A stretch of DNA of 64,000 nucleotides from Gemmatimonadales bacterium (GTDB taxonomy: Bacteria; Gemmatimonadota; Gemmatimonadetes; Gemmatimonadales; GWC2-71-9): the NCBI GenBank assembly GCA_039794085.1, contig JBDIWC010000014.1, positions 1-64,000 of the forward strand, written 5' to 3'. Within the stretch, counting starts at the first letter, position 1; each line of letters begins with the position of its first letter. The notes beneath the pieces are model-generated. The model did not search any database and was not told where the DNA came from. It saw nothing but the letters and a program-made list of their open reading frames with translations. This document shows, one piece after another, positions 29,663-40,878 of this stretch. A program made the position numbers and the translations under genes.

Positions 29663-30861
29663 ATACGCAAATCCTTCGGGCCGGATTGTTCGGCCTCGCG
29701 ATACTCGCCGCATGTGGCGGCCAAGGCCCGGAATCGGCGACCCCTTCCACACAGGCCGAGGGCATGGAAGGGATGCCGGGGATGGAGGGGATGCCGGGAA
29801 TGGAGGGCATGCCGGGGATGGCCGGCGCGGGAGACAGCGTGCTCCGGATCACCCCGGCCGCGGCAGCGCGATCCGGACTCCTGTATGCCGTGGCCCGGGA
29901 GGGTCCTGCGGTAACCACGGTGCGGGCGTCGGCCCAGGTGGTGCCCAATGAGCGCGGGCTGACGGAAGTGAATGCCCGGATGCCCGGCTGGGTTGAGCGG
30001 CTGTGGGTCAACGAGACCGGGCGCTTCGTGCGGCGGGGGGATTCCCTCCTCGCCCTCTATGCCCCGGCGCTGCTCGCGGCCCAGGAGGAGTTGCTCCTGG
30101 CCCGAACCCTGGCGGCCACGCCCGACGGGGCCACCCTGGTGGCCGACGCGCGGCGACGATTGGAACTGTGGAACGTGTCGCCGGAGGAGATCGCGGCCAT
30201 CGAGCGGGAGGGAGTGCCCCGCCGGCGGGTGACTGTGTTGGCGCCCCACGCGGGACATGTGATCGCCAAGCGGGTGGTGGAAGGGGAGATGGTGGAGGCG
30301 GGAGAGCCGCTGTTCCGCCTGGCGGATCTCTCGACCGTCTGGATCGAACCGGCGATCTACGAGCAGGATCTCGCCGCCATCCGGGTCGGCCAGGAGGCCA
30401 CCGTGGAGGTACAGGCCTATCCCGGTCTGGCCCTCACCGGCCGGGTGAGTTTCATCCAGCCCACCCTCGACTCGATCACGCGAACCGTCCGGGTGCGGGT
30501 GGAAGTCCCCAATCCGGATCATCGGCTCAAGCCGGCCATGTTCGCCACGGTCTCCTTCCGGGTGGAGGGTCCCCGGGGGGTGCTCGTGCCGCTCGCCGCC
30601 GTTCTCCCCACGGGCACGCGGAACCTGGCGTTCGTGGTGCGCGATGGCGGCCTCCGGCCGGTGGAGGTCCGCGTCGGTCTCCGCGGCGACACGGAGGTGC
30701 TCGTCACCCACGGACTGGCCCCGGGTGACACCGTGGTGGCGCGGGCCACCTTCCTGCTCGACTCCGAGTCCAGTCTCGCGGCCGCGATGCGGGGGATCAT
30801 GCTGAACATGGGGATGGGCCTCGACATGGGAGGGATGCAGATGGAGGGCAAGACCCCATGA
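29659..30861 (+). CDS. cusB: CusB-like RND periplasmic adaptor with Met-rich termini
   Basis: GWVERL, PLFRLADLSTVW, TRTVRVRVEVPN, LKPAMF, FLLDSESSL; (GMEGMP)x3. Confidence 0.9.
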   Translation: MNTQILRAGLFGLAILAACGGQGPESATPSTQAEGMEGMPGMEGMPGMEGMPGMAGAGDSVLRITPAAAARSGLLYAVAREGPAVTTVRASAQVVPNERGLTEVNARMPGWVERLWVNETGRFVRRGDSLLALYAPALLAAQEELLLARTLAATPDGATLVADARRRLELWNVSPEEIAAIEREGVPRRRVTVLAPHAGHVIAKRVVEGEMVEAGEPLFRLADLSTVWIEPAIYEQDLAAIRVGQEATVEVQAYPGLALTGRVSFIQPTLDSITRTVRVRVEVPNPDHRLKPAMFATVSFRVEGPRGVLVPLAAVLPTGTRNLAFVVRDGGLRPVEVRVGLRGDTEVLVTHGLAPGDTVVARATFLLDSESSLAAAMRGIMLNMGMGLDMGGMQMEGKTP

Positions 30862-33800
30862 TCGCCTGGCTCATCGCGTGGTCGCTTCGGCGGCGCGTGC
30901 TGGTCCTCACCGTGACGGTCGCCGGGCTGATCGCCGGGGGCTGGTGGGCGCGGTCCACGCCCATCGACGCGATCCCCGATCTGTCCGACACCCAGGTGAT
31001 CGTGTTCACCGAGTATCCCGGTCAGGCGCCCCAGGTGGTCGAGGATGCGGTAACCTATCCGTTAGTTCGTGCCCTGCTGGCAGTGCCGAAGGCCCGGGTG
31101 GTGCGGGGCCAGTCCCTGTTCGGCACCTCCTTCATCTACATCCTGTTCGAGGAGGGGACCGATCTGTACTGGGCCCGCAGCCGAGTCACCGAGGCCCTGC
31201 CCGCCGCCATCGACGGCCTTCCGGACGGCGTGCGCCCGCAACTGGGCCCGGACGCCACCGGTGTGGGGTGGGTCTTCCAGTATGCCGTGGAGGGAGAGGG
31301 GTATTCCCTCGACCAGCTCCGGTCGCTGCAGGACTGGGACATCCGGTTCGGCCTGCAGAGTGTGCCGGGAGTCGCCGAGGTCGCGAGCATCGGCGGGTTC
31401 GTCAAGCAGTATCAGGTCGTGCTCGATCCGGCCCGTCTCCTGGCGTCCGGCGTGACCTCGGATCGGATCATCCAGGTTCTCCGCGAATCGAACACCGACG
31501 TGGGGGCCCGGACACTGGAGATCGGGGGGGGGGACTACATGATCCGGGGCCGGGGCTACCTCACCGGCGTATCCTCGATCGCCGGACTCGTGGTAGCCAC
31601 GGGTGCCGGGGGCGTCCCGGTCCGCATCGGCGACGTGGCGGACGTGACCATCGGCCCCGACCTCCGGCTCGGCATCGCGGAGCGGGACGGCCGGGGCGAA
31701 GCCGTGGGCGGCGTGGTGATAATGCGGCAGGGTGAGAACGCCCTGCGAGTGATCACCGACGTGAAGGAGCGGATCGCCGAACTCCAGGCGGGCCTCCCTC
31801 CGGGGGTGCGGATCGTGCCGACCTACGACCGTTCCACGCTGATCCGGAGCGCGGTGAGCACCCTCCGGTGGACGCTGATCGAGGAATCGCTCATCGTGGC
31901 GGCGGTCTGCTTTCTCTTCCTGCTCCATGCCCGGAGCGCCCTCGTCGCCATCGCCGTTCTCCCGCTCGGCATCCTGCTCGCCCTGGCCGCGATGCGCGTG
32001 GCCGGGGTGAACGCCAACATCATGTCGCTCGGCGGGCTGGCCATCGCCATCGGCGCCATGATCGATGCGGCCATCGTCATGATCGAGAACTTTCACAAGC
32101 ACCGGGAACGCGCGCCGGAGGATGACCGGTGGGATGTGGTGCTCCGGGCCACCCGCGAGGTGGGGCCGGCGCTGTTCGTCTCCCTCCTCATCATCACCCT
32201 CTCCTTCCTGCCGCTTTTCGCGCTGCAGGCCGAGGAGGGCCGCCTCTTCCGGCCGCTGGCTCTCACCAAGACATTCGCGATGGCGGCCGCCGCCCTCCTC
32301 TCCGTCACCGTGGTCCCCGTCCTCATGGGGCTCTTCCTCACCGGGCGCACCCGTCCGGAGGAGGCCAATCCCGTGAACCGCTGGACCATCCGTCTCTACC
32401 GACCGGTGCTGCGATGGGCCCTGCGGAACCGGGTGCTGGTGCTGGCCGGTACGCTGGCCGTGCTGGGCGCCACACTCTGGCCCCTGCGGCGTCTGGGCAC
32501 CGAGTTCATGCCGCCACTGGAGGAGGGTACGCTGATGTACATGCCGAACTCGATTCCGGGTCTCTCGATCGCCCGGCAGCGGGAACTTCTGCAACGGCAG
32601 GACAGCATCCTCATGTCGTTCCCCGAGGTCGCCTCGGTGTGGGGGAAGGCGGGCCGGGCACGCACGGCCACCGACCCGGCACCCATCTCCATGGTGGAAA
32701 CCATCGTCACCCTCACGGACCGTGCCACCTGGCCGGCGCCACTCTCCCAGGACGCCCTGATCGCCAAGCTCGACCGGGCGATGCGGTTTCCCGGCCTGGT
32801 GAACAGTTGGACCATGCCGATCAAGAACCGCACCGACATGCTCTCGACCGGCATCCGGACCTCCCTCGGCATCAAGATCTTCGGGCCCGATCTTCGCACG
32901 ATCGAGTCGATCGGTGCGGACATCGAGCGCCGCCTGTCGTCACTGGCCGGCACCGCCAGCATCTTTGCCGAGCGGTCCTTCGGCGGACGATACCTCGACG
33001 TCCAGTTGGATCGCGAGGCGATCGCCCGCCACGGTCTCACCACGGGCGCGGTACAGCGGGTGCTCGCCTCGGCCGTCGGGGGTGCCAACGTGACCTGGAC
33101 TGTCGAGGGGCGGGAGCAATACCCCGTTCAGGTGCGTTTCGGGCGCGAGACGCGGGACGACCCCACCCGACTGGGGGGCATACTCATCGGAACCCCGACG
33201 GGCCCCCAGATCCCGCTTCATCAACTGGCACACTTCACGTTCACGGACGGCGCTCCGATGATCCGGAGCGAGGACGGGCATCCGACCGGGACGGTGTTCA
33301 TCGACGTGCGCGGCCGGGACGTGGGGAGCTACGTGGAGGAGGCCCGATCCCTGCTCGAGCGCGACCTGACTCTGCCAGCCGGCTACCGGCTTGCCTGGAG
33401 TGGTCAGTACGAGGCGCTGGAGAGGGTCACGGCGCGGCTCGCCCTCGTCGTCCCCGTGACGCTCGCGATCATCGCGCTGCTGCTCCATCTCAATTTCCGG
33501 AACCCGGTTGAGGTGGCCATCGTGCTGGCCTCCCTGCCGTTCGCCCTGGTGGGCGGCATCTGGCTGCTCTGGATGCTCGACTACCACCTTTCGGTGGCGG
33601 TCGCCGCAGGATTCATCGCCCTGGCCGGGCTCGCCACCCAGACCGGCGTGGTGATGCTCCTCTACCTCGATCACGCCTGGCGGGAGGCGGGTCCCGGCGG
33701 TCCCGCAACCCCCGAGGCCCTCCATGCGGCGGTGGAGGCCGGGGCCGTCCAGCGGGTCCGGCCCAAGGTGATGACCGTGGTGGCCATCATGGCCGGACTG

Positions 33801-33983
33801 CTGCCCCTGATGTGGACCCACGGGAGCGGTGCGTCGGTGATGCAGCGGATCGCGGCCCCGATGCTCGGCGGCATGGTGTCGTCGACGATCCTGACCCTCG
33901 TGGTCATCCCGGTGTTGTATGAGATCTGGCAGGGGAGACGTCTGGCCTCGACCCCGGCGCCGGGGAACACTCAGGTGGGGTGA
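30858..33983 (+). CDS. cusA: CusA/CzcA heavy-metal RND transporter
   Basis: DAIPDLSDTQV, LGPDATGVGWV, MIDAAIVMIEN, RVRPKVMT; 1041 aa. Confidence 0.95.
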   Translation: MIAWLIAWSLRRRVLVLTVTVAGLIAGGWWARSTPIDAIPDLSDTQVIVFTEYPGQAPQVVEDAVTYPLVRALLAVPKARVVRGQSLFGTSFIYILFEEGTDLYWARSRVTEALPAAIDGLPDGVRPQLGPDATGVGWVFQYAVEGEGYSLDQLRSLQDWDIRFGLQSVPGVAEVASIGGFVKQYQVVLDPARLLASGVTSDRIIQVLRESNTDVGARTLEIGGGDYMIRGRGYLTGVSSIAGLVVATGAGGVPVRIGDVADVTIGPDLRLGIAERDGRGEAVGGVVIMRQGENALRVITDVKERIAELQAGLPPGVRIVPTYDRSTLIRSAVSTLRWTLIEESLIVAAVCFLFLLHARSALVAIAVLPLGILLALAAMRVAGVNANIMSLGGLAIAIGAMIDAAIVMIENFHKHRERAPEDDRWDVVLRATREVGPALFVSLLIITLSFLPLFALQAEEGRLFRPLALTKTFAMAAAALLSVTVVPVLMGLFLTGRTRPEEANPVNRWTIRLYRPVLRWALRNRVLVLAGTLAVLGATLWPLRRLGTEFMPPLEEGTLMYMPNSIPGLSIARQRELLQRQDSILMSFPEVASVWGKAGRARTATDPAPISMVETIVTLTDRATWPAPLSQDALIAKLDRAMRFPGLVNSWTMPIKNRTDMLSTGIRTSLGIKIFGPDLRTIESIGADIERRLSSLAGTASIFAERSFGGRYLDVQLDREAIARHGLTTGAVQRVLASAVGGANVTWTVEGREQYPVQVRFGRETRDDPTRLGGILIGTPTGPQIPLHQLAHFTFTDGAPMIRSEDGHPTGTVFIDVRGRDVGSYVEEARSLLERDLTLPAGYRLAWSGQYEALERVTARLALVVPVTLAIIALLLHLNFRNPVEVAIVLASLPFALVGGIWLLWMLDYHLSVAVAAGFIALAGLATQTGVVMLLYLDHAWREAGPGGPATPEALHAAVEAGAVQRVRPKVMTVVAIMAGLLPLMWTHGSGASVMQRIAAPMLGGMVSSTILTLVVIPVLYEIWQGRRLASTPAPGNTQVG

Positions 33984-35911
33984 TTCCCCACGTCGAGCAC
34001 TTCGCGCACCTTTCGGCCCAGCACCTCCATGGTGAAGGGTTTCTGCAGGAAAGCCGAACCTTCGAGGGAAATCCCCCGGGCGATCATCGAGTCGGGGGCA
34101 TACCCTGACAGAAAGAGCACCTGCACCTCGGGGCGATGTCGGCGCACCCCCTCGGCCACCTCGGCGCCATCCGCCCCGGGCAACACAACGTCCGCCAGTA
34201 GAAGGTCGATCGGGCCGGCATGGGTTTCCGCCAGCCAGATCGCCTCCCCACCATTGGTCGTTTCCAGCACCGTGTACTCCAGCCGTCGCAGGAGGCGAAC
34301 CAGCACCGTGCGGACCGCATCCTCGTCCTCGACGACGAGGATGGTCTCCTTCCCGACCGTTCTTTCCGGAGTGTTGCGATGCTCCGCCACCGGAACGGGG
34401 TCTCCAGGGGTCAGCGGCCAAGACACCCGGAAGGTGGTTCCGGCGCCGGGCGCACTCTCCACCTCGATGTGCCCACCTCCCTGCTGCACGATGCCAAATA
34501 CCGTGGCCAAGCCAAGGCCGGTGCCGAGGTCGGCCTTGGTGGTGAAGAATGGCTCGAAGATTCTTTCCCGCGTGGCCTCGTCCATTCCGCAGCCTGTGTC
34601 CGCCACCGTCAGCACCCCCCACGTTCCCGACGGGACGGCCGTCTCGAGGCGGAGAACCCCTCCGCCCGTCATCGCATCACGAGCGTTGACCACCAGATTC
34701 ATGAGGACCTGCTCCATCTGCCCGGGATCGGCCAGAATCGGTATCGGGTCGGGGTGGAGGGACGTGGAGAGTGTGATGTTGGCCCCGAGAAGGCGCCGCA
34801 GAAGATCCTCCGTGTCGTGGATGACATCGTTGAGATCCAACACCCGACGCTCGGCAATCTCATGCCGGCTGAAGGCCAGGAGCTGGCGGGTGAGTCGCGC
34901 CGATCGTTCCCCCGCCTGCTGAATCTCCTGGACGGCGCTCCGCAGATCCGAGGGGACGAGTTCTTCCAGAAGGAGGTCGGTGTGGCCGGCAATGACGGTC
35001 AGGAGATTGTTGACATCGTGAGCCACACCGCCCGCCAGGAGCCCCAACGCCTCCATCTTCTGGGCGCGACGTAACATCGCGGCGAGGTCGCGTTCCTCCT
35101 TCATGTTCTTGAGCACGAAGACGAACCCCCGGGCCGCACCCGAGGGATCCCGCATCGGTGCCCCGGTGGTGACCACGGGGATCCGACTCCCGTCCCGCGC
35201 GACAATGGCTGTCTCGCGGTCTCCCCCGATCCGGACCGGCCCACGACGGACCTGGTCCGTCACCCGGAACATGTTCTTCCCGGTCTGGAGATCGAGAAGG
35301 TGTGCCACGTCCTCCATCGGTCGCCCCGCCGCGTCCCGCTCGGTCCAGCCGAGGAGTTGCTCCGCTGCGGGGTTCATGCCCGTCACGCGACCCTCCACAT
35401 CGGTGGCGAGGACGCCTTCGCTCATGCAATTGAGGGTGGTGGCCAGATCCTCCCGGCTCCTTCGCAGATCCTCCAGGGCCCTCCTCTGCTCCGACACATC
35501 CACCGAGAGGATCAACACACCCGCCCGAACCGGATGCATTCGGAGATCGAACCATCCTCCGGTGCCATCGGGGAAGGTGAAATGGTTGGTGAAGGAACCG
35601 GGCACGCGGGTCCGCAGGCAGGTGTCCAGACGCCGGAAGAGCTCGGTCTCCTCAATGTCCGGATAGACCTCCGGCATCCGTCGCCCGATCAACTCCTCCC
35701 GCGGGTACTTCCCCTGGCGGGCGGCCGCGTGATTGAGGTAGATGTACCGGTGCTCGAAATCGAGGATCTGAACCCCCTCGAACAGATCATCGAACAGCAC
35801 GTGCTGGCCGGCCTCGATGTTTCCCGTGGCGAGGGCGCTCTCCAAAGTCTGCACTCTCCGTTGGAGGAGCCGGAAGCCGGCCTCAGATCCTTCCTCGCGA
35901 TAGTCGTCCAT
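33971..35911 (-). CDS. PAS-PAS hybrid sensor histidine kinase/receiver
   Basis: [12 protein letters not shown]-box, [20 protein letters not shown], receiver ILVVED...QKPF. Confidence 0.93.
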   Translation of the reverse strand: MDDYREEGSEAGFRLLQRRVQTLESALATGNIEAGQHVLFDDLFEGVQILDFEHRYIYLNHAAARQGKYPREELIGRRMPEVYPDIEETELFRRLDTCLRTRVPGSFTNHFTFPDGTGGWFDLRMHPVRAGVLILSVDVSEQRRALEDLRRSREDLATTLNCMSEGVLATDVEGRVTGMNPAAEQLLGWTERDAAGRPMEDVAHLLDLQTGKNMFRVTDQVRRGPVRIGGDRETAIVARDGSRIPVVTTGAPMRDPSGAARGFVFVLKNMKEERDLAAMLRRAQKMEALGLLAGGVAHDVNNLLTVIAGHTDLLLEELVPSDLRSAVQEIQQAGERSARLTRQLLAFSRHEIAERRVLDLNDVIHDTEDLLRRLLGANITLSTSLHPDPIPILADPGQMEQVLMNLVVNARDAMTGGGVLRLETAVPSGTWGVLTVADTGCGMDEATRERIFEPFFTTKADLGTGLGLATVFGIVQQGGGHIEVESAPGAGTTFRVSWPLTPGDPVPVAEHRNTPERTVGKETILVVEDEDAVRTVLVRLLRRLEYTVLETTNGGEAIWLAETHAGPIDLLLADVVLPGADGAEVAEGVRRHRPEVQVLFLSGYAPDSMIARGISLEGSAFLQKPFTMEVLGRKVREVLDVGNHPT

Positions 35912-36194
35912 GGGCAACCTCTCCCGGTGGCGCCGTCGTCAGGGCAGAGCTGACCTAACGCTACAGTAGATACGGTCAATCATCTCTACGAATGTATCGT
36001 GTCGCGACGACCAGCACAACAGTCGCATTTATTGACGCTCGTGTATGTGTCTCATTGTGTGACAACGATTCGCCGCAAGTCGTGATCCCGCATCACGGAA
36101 CGGCAACACGCCACCATCGGGTTTCTCGGGGGAGGATGGCTTCCGAGGGAATCACCCGACTTGCTTCCTCACAGCGCCGGCCCGATCTTGGTCC

Positions 36195-38747
36195 ATGCCC
36201 CCACGCCTCCGGCTTTTCCTGGTGTTGTCCGTCCTCACCACCTCTCCCCTCGCGGCTCAGCGCCCCGACACGCGGGTACCGGACCTGATCCGCCGGATGA
36301 CGGTGGAGGAGAAGTTCTGGCAGCTCTTCATGCTTCCCGGTCAGCCCGGCGCCCCAGGGGAGGACTACCGGCACGGCGTCTTCGGCCTTCAGATTCCCCC
36401 GGCGGCCACGGCGCGGGCCGATGCACAACGGATCGACGACGCCCAACGCCATGTCGTGACCCGCACCCGGCTCGGCATCCCGATGATCCCCTTCGAGGAG
36501 GCGGTTCACGGACTCCGCCGGCCCGGGGCGACGATGTTTCCGCAAGCCATCGCGCTGGCCGCCACCTGGGACACCGCCCTGATGGGTCGAGTGGCGGCGG
36601 CGATTGCGAAGGAGACCCGTACTCGTGGCATCCGTCAGGTTCTTGCTCCCGTGGTGAACCTTGCCACCGACGTGCGATGGGGGCGCGTGGAGGAGACCTA
36701 CGGCGAGGATCCGTTCCTCGCCTCGCGCATGGCGACTGCGTATGTCACACCCTTCACCCGGGCCGGTGTGATCACGACACCGAAGCACTTTGTGGCCAAT
36801 GTCGGTGAGGGTGGACGGGACAGTTGGCCCATCGCCCTCGATGACCGCACCCTTGCCGACCTCCACTTCCCTCCGTTCCGGTCGGCCCTCGCCGCGGGGG
36901 CCCTGTCGGTCATGACGGCCTACAACTCCGTGGGGGGGCTGCCCGCCACGCAGAACCATCGCCTCCTGTCGGGGACGCTGAAGGGCGAGTGGGGATTCCG
37001 GGGTTTCGTGATTTCCGACGCGTCGGCCACGGGGGGAAGCACGGTTCTCCACCGCACCGACCCCAACACGCCGACCGCCACCCAGCATGCCTTTGCGGCG
37101 GGACTCGACGTGGTGTTCCAGTCATCGTGGCCCGATCACCGCCCCTATCTGGATGCGTTTCGGCGCGGGCTCATCCCGAGCGAGGTCATCGATTCCTCCC
37201 TGACCCGGGTCCTCTCGGCGAAGGAGAATCTCGGGCTGTTTGAGGCTCCCTTCGTCGATCCCGACAGCGCAGCCCATTGGAACGGCCACCCGGACCACCT
37301 CGCGCTGGCCCGCGAGGCGGCAGCCGCCGCCCTCGTACTCCTCCACAACCTGAGAGGCCGACTTCCCCTCGATCCCGGCCTCGGAACGGTGGCCGTGATC
37401 GGTCCCGACGCGGTCGAAACGCGGCTGGGCGGCTACAGTGCCCCCGGGGTGGCACCCGTCTCCATCCTCGACGCGCTCCGGAAGCGCCTCGGCAACCGGA
37501 TTCGCCATGCCCCCGGCCCCGGACGTGCCACCCGCGAGTACGAGACGGTTCCTCCGGGACACCTCGACCTGACGACCGATTTCTTCGAATCACCCACCCT
37601 CGAAGGCGCTCCGATCGCAACCCGCCCCGACTCCCTGATCGACGCACGCTGGACGTTCAATCCGCCGGTGCGTGGTCTTCCCCCCGACTGGTACGGGGTG
37701 CGATGGTCCGGGCACCTCACCGTGGGTGTCGACACGGTGTCTCGACTCGGGGTGGAAGGAACCGACGGCTGGCGGCTCTTTCTCGGCGACACCCTCCTGC
37801 TCGATCACTCACACAAGCGCGCGTGGGGGGTGGACCTTGTCCCGGTGCTCCTCCCTCCCGGCAGCCGTCATGCTCTCCGGCTCGAGTACGCCCACACCAC
37901 GGGAAACGCCCGGGTGCGTCTCGTCTGGGACACGGGACATGGCCACGATTGGCGAGCCCTTACGGACAGCGCAACCGCGCTGGCCCGCCGGAGCGACGTG
38001 GCCCTCGTCGTGGCCGGCATCGAGGAAGGGGAGTTCCGGGATCGCGCCGGACTGGGTCTTCCCGGACACCAGGAGGAGATGATTCGCGCCGTGGCGGCCA
38101 CGGGCACACCCACGGTCGTGATCCTCATCGGGGGAAGCGCCATCACCATGCCCTGGCTCGACGACGTCGACGCCGTCCTCCATGCGTGGTACCCCGGTGA
38201 GGCGGGCGGACGGGCCCTGGCGGATGTCCTCCTGGGAGACCACAACCCGTCGGGCCGCCTCCCGATCACCTTCCCGCGCGCCGAGGGGCAGCTTCCCCTC
38301 GTCTACAACCACCTGCCGACCGGCCGCGGCGATGACTATGTCGACCTCACGGGGGAGCCCCTCTTTCCCTTCGGATACGGGCTGAGCTACACGACCTTCG
38401 CCTATTCCGACCTCCGCATCACCCCGGATTCGATCTCCCCGGACGGGAGCACCCTCGTCGAGTTCCGGATCACCAACACGGGGACGCGCACAGGAGCCGA
38501 GATCGCACAGCTCTACCTGCGCGATATCCTCGCGTCGGTGACCCAGCCGGTCCTCGCCCTCAAGGGCTTCCAGAAGGTTGTTCTGGAGCCGGCGGAGTCG
38601 CGAGCCCTCACGTTCTCTCTAGGACGGGACGAGCTGTCACTTCTCGGCGAAGATCTCCGCCGAGTCGTCGAGCCCGGTCGCTTCCATCTGTACGTGGGAG
38701 CCTCCTCCCGGGACATCCGGCTTCGGGGCATCCTCGAAGTTCGGTGA
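36195..38747 (+). CDS. GH3 beta-glucosidase with PA14 and FnIII-like domains
   Basis: RWGRVEETYGEDP, KHF, GFVISD, NPSGRLPITFP, FPFGYGLSYT. Confidence 0.93.
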   Translation: MPPRLRLFLVLSVLTTSPLAAQRPDTRVPDLIRRMTVEEKFWQLFMLPGQPGAPGEDYRHGVFGLQIPPAATARADAQRIDDAQRHVVTRTRLGIPMIPFEEAVHGLRRPGATMFPQAIALAATWDTALMGRVAAAIAKETRTRGIRQVLAPVVNLATDVRWGRVEETYGEDPFLASRMATAYVTPFTRAGVITTPKHFVANVGEGGRDSWPIALDDRTLADLHFPPFRSALAAGALSVMTAYNSVGGLPATQNHRLLSGTLKGEWGFRGFVISDASATGGSTVLHRTDPNTPTATQHAFAAGLDVVFQSSWPDHRPYLDAFRRGLIPSEVIDSSLTRVLSAKENLGLFEAPFVDPDSAAHWNGHPDHLALAREAAAAALVLLHNLRGRLPLDPGLGTVAVIGPDAVETRLGGYSAPGVAPVSILDALRKRLGNRIRHAPGPGRATREYETVPPGHLDLTTDFFESPTLEGAPIATRPDSLIDARWTFNPPVRGLPPDWYGVRWSGHLTVGVDTVSRLGVEGTDGWRLFLGDTLLLDHSHKRAWGVDLVPVLLPPGSRHALRLEYAHTTGNARVRLVWDTGHGHDWRALTDSATALARRSDVALVVAGIEEGEFRDRAGLGLPGHQEEMIRAVAATGTPTVVILIGGSAITMPWLDDVDAVLHAWYPGEAGGRALADVLLGDHNPSGRLPITFPRAEGQLPLVYNHLPTGRGDDYVDLTGEPLFPFGYGLSYTTFAYSDLRITPDSISPDGSTLVEFRITNTGTRTGAEIAQLYLRDILASVTQPVLALKGFQKVVLEPAESRALTFSLGRDELSLLGEDLRRVVEPGRFHLYVGASSRDIRLRGILEVR

Positions 38748-38819
38748 TCACACGTCGTCGTGAATCCTGGCGGGCCATCCTCTCGTACAGGGGGCCCACC
38801 TCCACCGTGGAGCTTTTCT

Positions 38820-40052
38820 GTGACCGTTCGTGACGCCATCGGCATGGGCCTCGGCGCTCTCCGCCAGCACCGGCTCCGCACCCTGTTGTCGATGCTGGGA
38901 GTGATCATTGGCGTGGCGGCCCTGGTGGCTGTTCTCAGCCTCGGCGATGGCATGGAAACCTTCGCCCGGGCCGAGATTGCGGAGACCACGTCACTGCAGG
39001 GAGTGTCCGTCAGCCCGGCCCTGACCCGCCGGCAGGATGGGCTCGCCCTCCCCGTCTCCCATGTCATCCAATTGACAGTGGATCACCTCGATGCGCTCTC
39101 CGCCAGCCCGCATGTGACTCGGGGCATGATCGAAGTGAGCGCCGCGGCGCTGGCCCATCACCCCGACCAGCCCGACTCCACCCGAGCGGTGATGGTGACC
39201 GGCCGGGCGGAGTCCGGAGACAGCTCCGTACTCTCCCTTCCGGACCAGGGGCGTGGAATGAGTCCGGACGAAGCGCGAGGGAGCACCCCCGTCATGGTGG
39301 TGTCCACGGCCTTCGCCGAGTGGATTACCGGGGAGAGGGCGGACGGGGCCGTGGGCCGCCGGGTGAGGGTGGGAACCCGGGATTGGGAGATCCTCGGGGT
39401 TCGGAGCGGTGGCCCGGGCCGGTTCTTCACGGCGGAGGTCCCCGTGGGCCTGGCCTCGGAGGCGTTTGCCCCGTCCCCTATCCCTCGCGTTCCCACGATC
39501 GCGCTGGCCGCACGGAGCATCGAGTCCGTGGATTCAGTCCGTGCGCAGGCCCAGTCCTGGCTCCGCTCCCAGGGTCCGGAGTGGCCCGACCTCGTCACGG
39601 TTGCCACCTCGGAGGGGCGGCTGCGGCAGGCGCTGACGGCCATCCGCGTGTTCAAGATCTTCATGGGATCGGTGGTGGGCATCGCGTTGCTGGTGGGGGG
39701 GATCGGGATCATGAACATCCTCCTCGCCTCCGTGGCCGAGCGCACCCGCGAGATCGGCATCCGCCGTGCCGTGGGGGCCCGGCAAAGGGACATTCGCCGG
39801 CAGTTCCTGGTCGAGGCGTTGACGATCACGGGGCTGGGTAGTGCGATCGGGACCGGGATCGGCCTGGCAATGAGTTACCTCGCCACGGCGATCATGCGGA
39901 TGCAGACCGAGGCCCAGGTGCAGTCGGGGTTCAGCCTGAGCACCCTGGTGGTGGCCGCCGCGGGGGGGATCCTGCTCGGCATCATTTTCGGGGCCTATCC
40001 GGCCCATCGCGCCGCCACCCTGGTGCCGGTGGACGCCATCCGGCACGAGTGA
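38820..40052 (+). CDS. ABC transporter permease (MacB/FtsX type)
   Basis: RTLLSMLGVIIGV, GGIGIMNI.LASV.ERTREIGIR, PVDAIRHE. Confidence 0.9.
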   Translation: MTVRDAIGMGLGALRQHRLRTLLSMLGVIIGVAALVAVLSLGDGMETFARAEIAETTSLQGVSVSPALTRRQDGLALPVSHVIQLTVDHLDALSASPHVTRGMIEVSAAALAHHPDQPDSTRAVMVTGRAESGDSSVLSLPDQGRGMSPDEARGSTPVMVVSTAFAEWITGERADGAVGRRVRVGTRDWEILGVRSGGPGRFFTAEVPVGLASEAFAPSPIPRVPTIALAARSIESVDSVRAQAQSWLRSQGPEWPDLVTVATSEGRLRQALTAIRVFKIFMGSVVGIALLVGGIGIMNILLASVAERTREIGIRRAVGARQRDIRRQFLVEALTITGLGSAIGTGIGLAMSYLATAIMRMQTEAQVQSGFSLSTLVVAAAGGILLGIIFGAYPAHRAATLVPVDAIRHE

Positions 40053-40055
40053 GGG

Positions 40056-40160
<105 letters not shown>

Positions 40161-40255
40161 AGTGAAAATACCAAACGTCATCCCGCTGGGTTGGGGGAGG
40201 CCACGAGGGGATTCCATCGTCCTGGTAGGCGTTGGCCGTCGCGTCCTCACTTCAA

Positions 40256-40741
40256 TCAGGTAGGCGGAACCGGTGTGTTGCTCTCTGACTTGTGTCTTTG
40301 TGCCATGCGGACAAAAGCATAGAGAGAATCAGCCAGTGTGCCTGGAGCACGATTATCTGCCACAGCTGCCATCGGGGTCCGGTTCAAGACTACTTCCAAC
40401 GCGGTATTGCAGTTTTCATGCCCTTTCTTCTTCGTAACCGTAACTTTCTTCTTCTTCACGTCAATCCCCGGAGTCGTCAAGGCCTTGGTCTCCAACACCC
40501 GTAGTATCGAGTCACGGTCCTCTTCGGTTTTCATGTACAGGCGCACCTTCACGCTTTCGGGATACTTGCCTCCATCCACCCAGACCATGTGGACCGGGCC
40601 ATGGGGCAAGATCTCAGTCCAGACCTGATCGTCGCGCGTATTCACGATATCTGTAAATCCCCAGCCGTCGGCCTTGAGGTCCTCCTTCATCCGCGAGGCG
40701 AATGCGATGCCTCCGTCCATGTCGCTACAGCCAAGTGTCAT
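40256..40741 (-). CDS. Hypothetical protein (orphan-like, lower GC)
   Basis: Open frame of ~161 aa, Lys-rich, no recognisable motif. Confidence 0.5.
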   Translation of the reverse strand: MTLGCSDMDGGIAFASRMKEDLKADGWGFTDIVNTRDDQVWTEILPHGPVHMVWVDGGKYPESVKVRLYMKTEEDRDSILRVLETKALTTPGIDVKKKKVTVTKKKGHENCNTALEVVLNRTPMAAVADNRAPGTLADSLYAFVRMAQRHKSESNTPVPPT

Positions 40742-40878
40742 CTCGAAGCCCCGGAGAAGGTGAGAATGCAAATCTAGTGGGAGAAAGGCCGGACTGCAGG
40801 GCAGCTTGGCACCCCGCCGTGTCGCATCACCACAAGGGGGCGCCCAATGTGATTGCCCCTACTCCCTATTCCCTACTC

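Noticed and set aside
36030..36080. Promoter and LacI-type operator upstream of the GH3 gene
   Set aside because: TTGACG is present but the -10 and dyad are too weak to call by eye
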